A program made the position numbers and the translations under genes. 24,954 nucleotides of DNA from a virus (lineage: Duplodnaviria; Caudoviricetes): positions 1 through 24,954 of IMG/VR virus record IMGVR_UViG_3300017589_000096. One strand, 5' to 3'. Shown in pieces: positions 17,195 to 24,954 of the stretch (positions within the stretch are counted from its first letter, which is position 1; every line of letters starts with the position of its first letter). The notes under the pieces are model-generated. The model was given only the letters and a program-made list of their open reading frames with translations. It was not told where the DNA came from and did not search any database.

Positions 17195-17236
17195 CAGAGT
17201 GTTAAAATCAAATTAATTTAAGACTTTAACACTCTG
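17195..17236 (-). terminator. 12-bp inverted repeat at the end of the replication/packaging operon
   Basis: CAGAGTGTTAAA-N18-TTTAACACTCTG, 3 nt past the stop of the TerS-like gene. Confidence 0.55.
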
Positions 17237-17239
17237 CAT

Positions 17240-17521
17240 TCACTTTTTTCGACCTAGTTGGTTTAAGCTTTCGATTGTTAGCTGTATTGCGCTTTTGCCG
17301 TTTGGAGATGATAACTCTACTTGATTAGGCATAACTAATCTCAATAGAGCCGGCAAGAAGCGTGCTTTCTCTACAGAAGAAAGCTCAGTCCAGATTTTAT
17401 TGATTTCCGGGATAAGTGCCTCCACCTCCTTTTCAAGTAAAGGACGAAGATCCTTTCCGATCTTATTGGGTGTTCCTGCTGTTCTCCCTCCGGATTTCGG
17501 TGTTCCCTTCATTCGCCCCAT
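17240..17521 (-). CDS. Probable terminase small subunit-like DNA-binding protein
   Basis: N-terminal KGTPKSGGRTAGTPNK motif, helical core and VELS..NG tail, as in proteins found upstream of phage large terminases. Confidence 0.55.
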   Translation of the reverse strand: MGRMKGTPKSGGRTAGTPNKIGKDLRPLLEKEVEALIPEINKIWTELSSVEKARFLPALLRLVMPNQVELSSPNGKSAIQLTIESLNQLGRKK

Positions 17522-17757
17522 GGCTGTTTTTCTATTTTAGAAAACAATAGAAATCGGATACCCTTATTGGTTAACTCCTTGATGCGGGTGTCAAAGTTTT
17601 CTGAACGAACAAGTAGCACAGTATTATGTGTATCGCAAATGTATATTGGGATTCTTTCTGTTACACACTCCTGCTCTTTTGCTCGGTTCAAAAGCTCAAT
17701 TGCTTCAGCTCTTATCCTTTTCCCAAATGTATAGTCTAATAAATATCCCTCGTCCAT
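17509..17757 (-). CDS. Hypothetical protein
   Basis: Overlaps both neighbours in a tightly packed operon. Confidence 0.65.
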   Translation of the reverse strand: MDEGYLLDYTFGKRIRAEAIELLNRAKEQECVTERIPIYICDTHNTVLLVRSENFDTRIKELTNKGIRFLLFSKIEKQPWGE

Positions 17758-17975
17758 AATGCAGTCTTTTGAATGTAAACGTACTTCTTTCGGGTCAGAC
17801 GCAAGTTGTTCAAATGGGACAAAGCTTTGAATACTTCATCAATTTGCCGACTGTCTTCGGTCAATACTGCATTTGCAAGTTTTATGTAGAAGAACAGAAA
17901 CCTTTTCCTGCCAACTTTTGGCAATGATCTTTTTATGAAGGCTACCTTCTCAATCAGTGAAATTGAATTTTTCAT
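17736..17975 (-). CDS. Hypothetical basic protein
   Basis: ATG 9 nt after the dnaB stop, same strand. Confidence 0.65.
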   Translation of the reverse strand: MKNSISLIEKVAFIKRSLPKVGRKRFLFFYIKLANAVLTEDSRQIDEVFKALSHLNNLRLTRKKYVYIQKTALWTRDIY

Positions 17976-17984
17976 GTTTTGCTT

Positions 17985-19391
17985 TTAAAATGGTAAATTG
18001 TCTTTTTGTGGATTGCTTGAATTTGAAGGTCCTTTCTGAGGAGATTCTCTAGCATCGTAAATCTGTGTCAATGGCTCATTATATCTGAATGCTATTTTCC
18101 CTGCTCGGCCATCACGTTGTTTCGCTACACTTAAAAGACCGAGCCCTTTTTCTGCATTAGAGTCGTAATACTCTTCCCGGTGTACAAAGATTACTGTATC
18201 CGCATCCTGCTCGATGGCTCCGGACTCACGCAAGTCGGCTAGAACAGGGATTTTGCTTTCTCTACTTTCGCAATTTCGGTTGATCTGGGATAATAAAACT
18301 ATCGGGACACCAAGCTCTTTGGCCGCCACTTTTATTGCCCGGCTGGTCTGGGAAACTTCTGCCTCCCGGCCGTAGCTTCGGTTATCAGACCTCATATCTA
18401 AAAGTTGTAAGTAGTCAATCAGAACTAAATCAAGTCCATTTTTTTGCTTAATATTCCGGCATCTGGCCTTTATTTGCTGGATGTTTATAGTTGGGGTTTC
18501 GTCTATCTTGATGTTTAGCTTCGATATCTTACCCGCTGCATCACAATATTCATTTTCTTCTTGAGGAGATAATTTGCCTGCTTTTAGCATCTCAGTTGAC
18601 ACATTGCATTCCGAAAGGATCATACGTTGTGCGAGTGATACAGTTCCCATTTCAAGCGAAAATATAGCCACTTTCCGGCCTTGCAATGCAGCTGATTTCG
18701 CAAAGTAGAGTAGCATTGCTGTTTTACCCATGGCTGGTCTTGCAGCCAAAATAATGAGTTGTCCTGGTTGCCATCCTCCAGAAGTAAAATCTAACGTAGA
18801 TAGTCCGGTTTTAATTCCAAGACTTGATCCGGACTGTGCCGCTTTCTTCCGCTTTTCATATTCGGATATCGCATTACGCGAAGCCTCCGACATATCCATC
18901 CATTTTGCGCCAAAGGTCGTTTTCTCCATTATACCTTCGACTGCCTTTATTGATTCGGCAATCGAGTCGGATATGTCTGCGCTTGGATCAGATGCTTTGG
19001 CTGTTATCTCCATACCCGTTAGTAGCAATTGCCTAGAAAGCCAAAGTTCATGTAAATGAAGAGCATATTCTGATACATTTACAGACGATGAGACGGAAGA
19101 AGTAAGATTTGCCAATTCATAGCTTCCTCCAACATATTCAAGACTTCCGGTTCGTTCAAGTTTGTGCATGACCGTTAAAAGGTCGATCCTTACGCTGTTT
19201 TTGTGTAAGGTTTCTATTGCCTGGTATATCATTGCATACTTTTGATTATAGAAAACATCCGGGTTCAGTATTTGAACTACGTCATATATTGCATTACTTG
19301 CCATCAAAAGACATCCGATAAGAGTTCGCTCCGTAATTTCGTCATGCGGAAACACTAGCTGCTTTGCTGGTTCGTTTTTTTGTTTAGCCAT
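17985..19391 (-). CDS. dnaB: Replicative DNA helicase, element-encoded
   Basis: PHDEITER N-domain, Walker A AARPAMGKT, FSLEM, IDYLQL, LSQINR, DLRESGAIEQDAD, KQRDG. Confidence 0.97.
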   Translation of the reverse strand: MAKQKNEPAKQLVFPHDEITERTLIGCLLMASNAIYDVVQILNPDVFYNQKYAMIYQAIETLHKNSVRIDLLTVMHKLERTGSLEYVGGSYELANLTSSVSSSVNVSEYALHLHELWLSRQLLLTGMEITAKASDPSADISDSIAESIKAVEGIMEKTTFGAKWMDMSEASRNAISEYEKRKKAAQSGSSLGIKTGLSTLDFTSGGWQPGQLIILAARPAMGKTAMLLYFAKSAALQGRKVAIFSLEMGTVSLAQRMILSECNVSTEMLKAGKLSPQEENEYCDAAGKISKLNIKIDETPTINIQQIKARCRNIKQKNGLDLVLIDYLQLLDMRSDNRSYGREAEVSQTSRAIKVAAKELGVPIVLLSQINRNCESRESKIPVLADLRESGAIEQDADTVIFVHREEYYDSNAEKGLGLLSVAKQRDGRAGKIAFRYNEPLTQIYDARESPQKGPSNSSNPQKDNLPF

Positions 19392-19395
19392 TACA

Positions 19396-20172
19396 TCATT
19401 TGTTTACGGTTAAAGACTCGTGATATAAATCATCCAAATCAGGCATATTAGAGTTTATTTCATTTCTTATTGGCTCTGATCTGTTCAGTGATATGTTATC
19501 ATTCCAAACTTCTTGATTCAGGTACGTTTCGAAGTTCTTTCGATATTGTTTATCGGGAGTTGCATTCACATACCCCGAGATATGTTTTATTGCAAGTTCT
19601 TTGTTGGACATGGAAAGCTTATCCCATTTAGCTTTACTAGTTTTCCGGTTGCCCTTTTTCCCATATTGTTCCCAAACATTTTCAAAAGAAAACTCAGCCG
19701 GTGAATCTTTAGATTCGCCATTATATTTATTCTTCTTATTTACTTTACTTTCCTTTACTTGCGATTGGGTGGCTATCGCAAGGCTATCGGGTGGTGATTG
19801 GGTGGCGATATCGTCAGACTTCCATCTTATTTCATTCCCTCTTTTTCCAGCTTCAGAGAGTTTTTTCCTCTTCTGTTCGAGTGGGATCATTCTTCTGGTA
19901 AGACTTTCTGAAAAGAAAACAGAATTATCTTTTACCGTAAACAAGCTGTAATTGCCAACAACTGTTTTTACTTTTTCTGTTGTGGTATTATAACGTCTAG
20001 CCAATGCGGGGAGTAAGGTTACAGGATAGCAATAATCGGGCTGATCTCTTAGAACTTCAACAAGCATCCAATAAATTCCGTATCCCTCCATACCTAACTG
20101 CTCTATGAGCATAACGCACTTAGGATCATCTTTTGCATTTGAATCATGCGGGAAATAATATGCGTCTTTCAT
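19396..20172 (-). CDS. Phage-type replication initiator (DUF4373 / Lin1244-like N-domain)
   Basis: YFPHDSNAKDDPK...GMEGYGIYWMLVE, FENVWEQYGKK...YRKNFETYLNQ; adjacent to dnaB. Confidence 0.85.
   Translation of the reverse strand: MKDAYYFPHDSNAKDDPKCVMLIEQLGMEGYGIYWMLVEVLRDQPDYCYPVTLLPALARRYNTTTEKVKTVVGNYSLFTVKDNSVFFSESLTRRMIPLEQKRKKLSEAGKRGNEIRWKSDDIATQSPPDSLAIATQSQVKESKVNKKNKYNGESKDSPAEFSFENVWEQYGKKGNRKTSKAKWDKLSMSNKELAIKHISGYVNATPDKQYRKNFETYLNQEVWNDNISLNRSEPIRNEINSNMPDLDDLYHESLTVNK
19727..19815. repeat. Putative replication origin: five degenerate 11-bp iterons plus pyrimidine-rich TTTAC repeats
   Basis: GCGATTGGGTG GCTATCGCAAG GCTATCGGGTG GTGATTGGGTG GCGATATCGTC (19761..19815), next to TTTACTTTACTTTCCTTTACTT. 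Confidence 0.72.
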
Positions 20173-20831
20173 CTTGATAAAATTTTAGGTTGCCACTTTT
20201 TACACCATTCTTTGCGCAGATAATCCATGATTTGATCATACGATCGGACAAATCCGTTATTTATAAATTTGGTGATATCTTTTTCTAGATCCGCGAGTTC
20301 GCGCATCAAACATTCTTCACCTTTTCTATTGCGCATTTCAGATTCATGAGCCCCAAATACGATATGATTTAACGCCTTTGCAATGTTCTGTATAGCAATA
20401 GGTAATAAAGATAACGGGACAACTTTCTTTATAGCTCCTGTCATTTCCCGATATGAATCACCAGCATCACAACGATATCGCACAAGTTCATCATAAACAA
20501 ACTTCAAAACTTTAACCTTAAAGGCCGGGTTAAGCCACATAGCGAAATCCAAAAATAGGAGAGGGTCCATCCATGTTCCTGCATTTTTCCCCTTATTCGC
20601 CTTGGATTTCATCATAACGGAATTCCGATATGATGAATCTTGTTCCTCAGTCAATGCTTGAATAAATTCTTTTGTTGCCGAATTCTCAAGATAATGACTA
20701 ATTTGTTTTTGTTGACCACAAGAGAGATTCCATTGTTTGAGCAGTGAAGTTGCGTTAAACATCCCGTCAGAAGTTCTTTGAAGAATTTCAAAATCTCCCA
20801 TTTTTCGATTGAGAACCTGATTTGTTTTCAT
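20169..20831 (-). CDS. KilA-N domain protein (antirepressor-like)
   Basis: MKTNQ...QRTSDGMFNATSLLKQWN...GTWMDPLLFLDFAMWLNPAFKVKV. Confidence 0.9.
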   Translation of the reverse strand: MKTNQVLNRKMGDFEILQRTSDGMFNATSLLKQWNLSCGQQKQISHYLENSATKEFIQALTEEQDSSYRNSVMMKSKANKGKNAGTWMDPLLFLDFAMWLNPAFKVKVLKFVYDELVRYRCDAGDSYREMTGAIKKVVPLSLLPIAIQNIAKALNHIVFGAHESEMRNRKGEECLMRELADLEKDITKFINNGFVRSYDQIMDYLRKEWCKKWQPKILSR

Positions 20832-21163
20832 ATCAAACTCCTCCTCTTTGCCTCAATCAAGTATAGCTTGTGGGCTTTGATAAATATTTCTTCAGACAAT
20901 CCGGCAAGGCTTTCGGAGCTTCTTTTTTTTGCGTCTTTGGATCTTGAAATACGGTTCAATAACTCGTTGTTGGATAATAACATCAATCCATCAGATTCAC
21001 ATTCTGTATTTTGACTCGTGCTTAATTGCTTTTTTTGTGCAAAAAAACGTAGCAACCTTTTTGATCGTCGAAATAATTTTGTATATTTGATATGTCCGGC
21101 TACTATTAATTGCCCCTGCTTCGTGGCGGGGCTTTTTTTATTGATTTTCATCACTATTTGCAT
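20828..21163 (-). CDS. Hypothetical protein; start uncertain
   Basis: Overlaps the xis stop and the KilA-N start (ATGA); its 5' part overlaps an antisense terminator. Confidence 0.55.
   Translation of the reverse strand: MQIVMKINKKSPATKQGQLIVAGHIKYTKLFRRSKRLLRFFAQKKQLSTSQNTECESDGLMLLSNNELLNRISRSKDAKKRSSESLAGLSEEIFIKAHKLYLIEAKRRSLI
21112..21139 (+). terminator. Intrinsic terminator antisense to the replication operon
   Basis: GCCCCtGC-ttcgtg-GCGGGGC-TTTTTTT. Confidence 0.7.
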
Positions 21164-21498
21164 TTTAAGGATGTAAATTCTTTATCTTTTTCGTTTATAA
21201 ACTCATCGACCGTCTTTATCCGGTTTTCTAGTAGCCAGGATTCAATTTCTATACGTTTGAATAATACCTTTGATCCTCTTTTGTAATGTGGAATTTTTCT
21301 TTCCGAAATAAATTTATTTAAAGTATTTACAGAGAATCCGGTAAATTGGGAACATGCCTCTTTCCCGAATAATTCAGGAATTGAATCATTACTTTCTTGT
21401 GTCGTAGGAATGAATGAGCGAAATAGAGACTTTATCTGCCCGACAGTTAATGCCGCTATTGGAGTGGAGTCTGAAATTTGATAGTCTGCTTGATTCAT
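21154..21498 (-). CDS. Excisionase / HTH_17-type DNA-binding protein
   Basis: TPIAALTVGQ leader; EACSQFTGFSVNTLNK...IPHYKRGSKVLFKRIEIESWL. Confidence 0.88.
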   Translation of the reverse strand: MNQADYQISDSTPIAALTVGQIKSLFRSFIPTTQESNDSIPELFGKEACSQFTGFSVNTLNKFISERKIPHYKRGSKVLFKRIEIESWLLENRIKTVDEFINEKDKEFTSLKCK

Positions 21499-21643
21499 AA
21501 TCTTTGTTTTTTTAGATTAATAATTAGAGGCGTCCCTCATTATTGATCGATCATGATGCAAGATTACAACCAAATAAAAAACCACCTTGGGGTAAGGTGG
21601 TGTAAGGTGGTGGAAAAATGATATTTATTGAGATATCGTTGTT

Positions 21644-22564
21644 TTATGCTAAGTCTATTTCGTTATTTAATATTAATAAATCGCTCTTTGCTTCAGAAGA
21701 ATCTAAATTGTTGGCTTCTAGATAAATAATTACTTTCTGTAATACACCAGACATATGAAGACCTGATTTTTTGCCTCCATATAAATTAATCCGATTTCTT
21801 CTTTGTATGCAAAAGTTTAGTTTTTCCCTGAATTTTCTTGGGATTGCACATCCTCGAGTTTTGTCGAAATGTTGTAAGAACTCACTTATTTTTTCATTCT
21901 CAGATATTCCTGCATAGTGGCAAACTAGAGCAATGTGAATATAATCAAATTTTTGAAATTCAGAATGTGTATTAGCAAGGCATGATATCGGATGTTTAAC
22001 CTTTAAGTCTTCTTCCAATAAATCAAGACTGTTTAGTTGAGCATAAACTTCCGGGCCTACTTTCCTGCCTATTTTTTCTGATTCAATAATGTATTTTTTG
22101 TGTGTTCGTCTTTCTCTTGATATATGATCAAGAGTGTAGTGTTTATTCTTTAATTCATTGTCAAATTTAAACATCTGTGACTTAATTAATTTCATTTCTT
22201 CATCCTGAGATTTAGCCAACTCGTAAGTATCTTGTCCTTGAAAATCTGCAATAATTAGATCAAAATTTCCACAAAGGTTGATTGTTTGAAATTTTATTCT
22301 ATTAGTAATGTCTTCTAGATGTTTACCCGGAATAGGAATAGCATCAATACCTTTTTTTCGTGCCACTTCATTTGAGGCTTGCTGATATTGGTCCATTAAT
22401 GTGGTTTTATATTCATTAATTTTTACAGAAAGAATCTCTCTTAATTTAATAGCATCAGAGATAGAAAGATCAGAGTTTATTGCATACTCAATTAATACGG
22501 GAACGTCTGGACCCGTAATGTCTTTAATTGATTCGAAGTTGTGTAATAATTCTTCGCCTGTCAT
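21644..22564 (-). CDS. Hypothetical protein between int and xis, possible regulator (start moved to ATG 22564)
   Basis: About 306-aa ORF starting 10 nt after the integrase stop; no motif recognised. Confidence 0.75.
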   Translation of the reverse strand: MTGEELLHNFESIKDITGPDVPVLIEYAINSDLSISDAIKLREILSVKINEYKTTLMDQYQQASNEVARKKGIDAIPIPGKHLEDITNRIKFQTINLCGNFDLIIADFQGQDTYELAKSQDEEMKLIKSQMFKFDNELKNKHYTLDHISRERRTHKKYIIESEKIGRKVGPEVYAQLNSLDLLEEDLKVKHPISCLANTHSEFQKFDYIHIALVCHYAGISENEKISEFLQHFDKTRGCAIPRKFREKLNFCIQRRNRINLYGGKKSGLHMSGVLQKVIIYLEANNLDSSEAKSDLLILNNEIDLA

Positions 22565-22574
22565 AATGTAGTTA

Positions 22575-23900
22575 TTAAAGGACCTTTGCCGCTTCGTCAA
22601 TAATTGAACTACCGAAGCTGTCAAGGTAAGTATTTGTTGTTTCTAAATCAGAATGGCCTAATATCTGGCTTATAACCTCTCGGGGAACATTATTCCCTTG
22701 CAGAGTCATTGCCATAGTGTGCCGGCTTACGTATGAAGTAAGATTGGTATTTATTTCCAATTCCTTTGCCAATTCTTTTAGTGGATTCGAATAGTCTTTG
22801 TATCGATTCCGGATATGCTTATATAAGAGCTCTCCAGTTAACCCATCTTTTGATACTACCGGAATTAAGTACGGATCAATAATAATTGTGTTTGACTTGA
22901 ACCACTGTAAAAGATTTTCTATTTCATCCGTAACCTTTATCTGTATTGGTTTAACTTTCTTTTGATTCTTTGTCTTTTGACGCTTATATACTATGTATCT
23001 ACCTCCTTCATGCAATATGATATTCTTTTGGGTAAGCTTTGCCATATCCGTATACGCAATTCCATAACAATAGTAGGAAAACATAAACATTCTTCTCGCA
23101 GTTTCGGTAACGTCTGTTTTTCCCGGGGTATCTTTAATTTTCTGAAGGTATTCAGATGGTAAATACCGCTTTTCGGTCTCTTCTTCTAGTTTTGCAATCT
23201 CAAAACCTCCCTTTCCGAATGGGTAGGTTGAGATCGGACATTCCTTTTCTTTAAGGGCTATATTTAAAACGGCCCTTAAAGCCTTCATATAGTATTTCCG
23301 GGTATTACCTGAGCATCCTGAACGCTGTATGGTTTTACCTCCTGTTCCGTCTTTCTTCCTACGCCCTATTGAGTCTCTTGGCTTTTGCAACCACAAGTCA
23401 AATCCTCTCACAAACTTTATATCTATCTCACTAAACATTCGGTTTTCAAACTTTGGATCATATAGCTCCAGCATATGAAGTGTACGTTCGTAGCAAATAG
23501 CATTTCCGGTGTGATCGGTATCTCTTAAATCTTTAATAGTTCGGGTAAAGAATGGAGAAACTCTTCCTTGTCTCGACCGGTTTATGAATCTATCTTCAAA
23601 CTGATTAAGAGTCCAGTCTACTTTTTCGCGGTCAAATTCAGATATGATATCTAAAGCGCGAACCTTGTATCGCTCCAGTAGTTTATTGTAGTTTTTCCGT
23701 TCTTCGTTCTGCTCTTTTTGTTTTTCCCCTTTTAGACTTTTTATGATTACAAATACTTCGTTTTCATCACTCCAATAGTTTGGGTCAGCAAACATATTCA
23801 ACGAAATATATTTGCGAATTCTACTTTTTGTAATCCTTAATCTGATTGCAAATTTCCCCTCTTTGTTGGGTTTGTCTTTTCTTACTACAAAATTTACCAT
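22575..23900 (-). CDS. int: Tyrosine recombinase/integrase (Bacteroidetes type: arm-binding, SAM-like and catalytic domains); ATG 23900 preferred over GTG 23921
   Basis: IRLRITKSRIRKYISL arm domain; FMFSYYCYGIAYTDMAKL, RQKT, YVSRHTMA, LGHS...TNTYL. Confidence 0.95.
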   Translation of the reverse strand: MVNFVVRKDKPNKEGKFAIRLRITKSRIRKYISLNMFADPNYWSDENEVFVIIKSLKGEKQKEQNEERKNYNKLLERYKVRALDIISEFDREKVDWTLNQFEDRFINRSRQGRVSPFFTRTIKDLRDTDHTGNAICYERTLHMLELYDPKFENRMFSEIDIKFVRGFDLWLQKPRDSIGRRKKDGTGGKTIQRSGCSGNTRKYYMKALRAVLNIALKEKECPISTYPFGKGGFEIAKLEEETEKRYLPSEYLQKIKDTPGKTDVTETARRMFMFSYYCYGIAYTDMAKLTQKNIILHEGGRYIVYKRQKTKNQKKVKPIQIKVTDEIENLLQWFKSNTIIIDPYLIPVVSKDGLTGELLYKHIRNRYKDYSNPLKELAKELEINTNLTSYVSRHTMAMTLQGNNVPREVISQILGHSDLETTNTYLDSFGSSIIDEAAKVL

Positions 23901-23909
23901 AACTTTTTG

Positions 23910-23935
23910 TTGGTGGAACACAAATGGAACACAAT
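23910..23935 (+). repeat. Putative integrase arm-type sites, right end
   Basis: Identical to 105..130; lies in the integrase leader. Confidence 0.8.
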
Positions 23936-23986
23936 TAATCTAAATAGATATGATTAGATGTTGTTTCAATGTGTTGGTATACAGTG

Positions 23987-23994
23987 CAAATATA
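23987..23994 (-). promoter_or_regulatory. -7 box of the integrase promoter
   Basis: Minus strand TATATTTG (TAnnTTTG). Confidence 0.6.
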
Positions 23995-24039
23995 ATGAAA
24001 TACAAATAGATACAATAAAAAGAATAGTTAAAATAAGCC

Positions 24040-24138
24040 TCTGGGGGGCGCGTGGTCGGACGTTCGAATCGTCTCACCCCGACTAACTGATAATTAAGCA
24101 CTTACATTAAGTTGTAGGTGCTTTTTTTATTGATTGGT
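24040..24138 (+). repeat. attR direct repeat (duplicated tRNA 3' half plus terminator)
   Basis: Starts at the anticodon loop; matches 11..109 with one mismatch. Confidence 0.97.
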
Positions 24139-24420
24139 AGGACATGAATGATGTATCCAACATCTCCTGTAAATGATTTTTATTAAAAACATCTGCCATC
24201 TGCCACTAATCAGCTCAAAACTCTTTGCTGAAGCGGGTTCTTGAAGTGAGGGATGGCTAGTGACGGATCCATTTCATCTGTCATCTGTCACCCTGTGCCG
24301 TAAGTGTCTTAGTGATGCCATCTTCAAATCTTAAGCGAGAGCCTTTCCCTTTTCCTATGTAGATTTTTTCCTATGTAGATTAGTCGTTTTCACTTAACTC
24401 ACCAACGCTTTTCATAACGA

Positions 24421-24566
24421 TGATTAGTTGTTAAAGTAAAGTCTATTCTTCGTCTCTCAGCTGGGTGACCATCGTCCTCCAACTGTGTGACCATTGTCCC
24501 TCAGCTGAGGGACAATGGTCACACAGTTGGAGGACGAGTAACTCTTGGAGTGAAAACAACTAATCA
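24421..24566. repeat. Host REP/MITE-like element: four 22-bp units including a perfect 66-bp palindrome, inside 12-bp inverted repeats
   Basis: 24472..24537 is self-complementary; TGATTAGTTGTT (24421) pairs with AACAACTAATCA (24555). Confidence 0.8.
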
Positions 24567-24662
24567 ATGCCATGAGCGGAGCTAATGATATAAGGGAAAA
24601 TAGTTTTTATCCACTATGTAATAGCAGCGTATGGTAGTCCGGATTTTACTAAGCTACGCTAC

Positions 24663-24954
24663 CTATTTGAACGTAAGAATAAAGGATGTTTCCTTTTTGG
24701 AAGGAGAGCTTTTAAGGGTTAGGGTACCGCCATGCAATCGCATAATCTGGCGGGAGATACTTAATCCTATTCCTGAGCCACCCTCTTTGGTAGTAAAAAA
24801 CGGAATAAAGATATGATCGGCCATCTCGGGCGAAATACCAGGGCCATTATCCATTATCTCTAATGATACAGACTCGTCGGAATTACAGTATCCTTTTATT
24901 TGAATAAGTCCGTCCGATGCTTGTTCTACAGATTGCATCGCATTCTTCACAAGG
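24663..24954 (-). CDS. 3' end of a host sensor histidine kinase (HATPase_c); begins beyond the window
   Basis: KNA (N box), DNGPGI (G1), IFIPFFTTK (F), GSGIGLS (G2). Confidence 0.93.
   Translation of the reverse strand, partial: LVKNAMQSVEQASDGLIQIKGYCNSDESVSLEIMDNGPGISPEMADHIFIPFFTTKEGGSGIGLSISRQIMRLHGGTLTLKSSPSKKETSFILTFK

Larger units (their letters stand above)
11..24138. mobile_element. tRNA-Pro-integrated element (24,029 bp repeat-to-repeat); phage satellite-like (PICI-like) or reduced prophage
   Basis: Flanking 99-bp direct repeats, integrase next to attR, and an xis/KilA-N/initiator/DnaB/TerS-like backbone. No recognisable structural or conjugation genes. Confidence 0.93.

Noticed and set aside
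18730-23162. Plus-strand ORFs within dnaB, initiator, KilA-N and integrase
   Set aside because: Antisense to confident genes.
24040-24082. Second tRNA gene
   Set aside because: Lacks the 5' acceptor strand and D-arm; it is the att duplication.
11-24138. Complete prophage or conjugative/mobilizable transposon
   Set aside because: No recognisable capsid, portal, TerL, tail, lysin, relaxase or tra genes, and little coding space left for them. A deleted prophage remains possible.
24450-24537. CRISPR array
   Set aside because: The 22-bp units are contiguous, without unique spacers, and there are no cas genes.
24631-24816. 61-aa plus-strand ORF
   Set aside because: Antisense to the histidine kinase 3' end.

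Overview
The window holds one apparently complete ~24.0 kb integrative element inserted at the 3' half of a tRNA-Pro(GGG) gene. The host looks like a Bacteroidetes, judging by TAnnTTTG/TTTG promoters and gene families. The element is bounded by a 99-bp direct repeat (11..109 and 24040..24138, one mismatch). Its right arm (minus strand) is a phage-satellite-like backbone: tyrosine integrase, unknown regulator, excisionase-type HTH, KilA-N protein, DUF4373-type replication initiator with internal iterons, DnaB helicase, and a probable terminase small subunit. The middle carries a HicA-HicB-SecB toxin-antitoxin-chaperone (TAC) operon and an XRE switch. The left arm is dominated by a 3711-aa polyvalent protein (about 46% of the element) with inorganic pyrophosphatase, several ADP-ribosyltransferase-like, LPD23, two zincin peptidase and LPD38-like domains. 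I see no capsid, portal, large terminase, tail, lysis, relaxase or T4SS genes. The most interesting reading is a helper-dependent satellite that supplies its own giant virion-injected effector protein. Beyond attR lie a host REP/MITE-like palindromic region and the 3' end of a sensor histidine kinase. All domain calls come from motif recognition by eye, not database searches.
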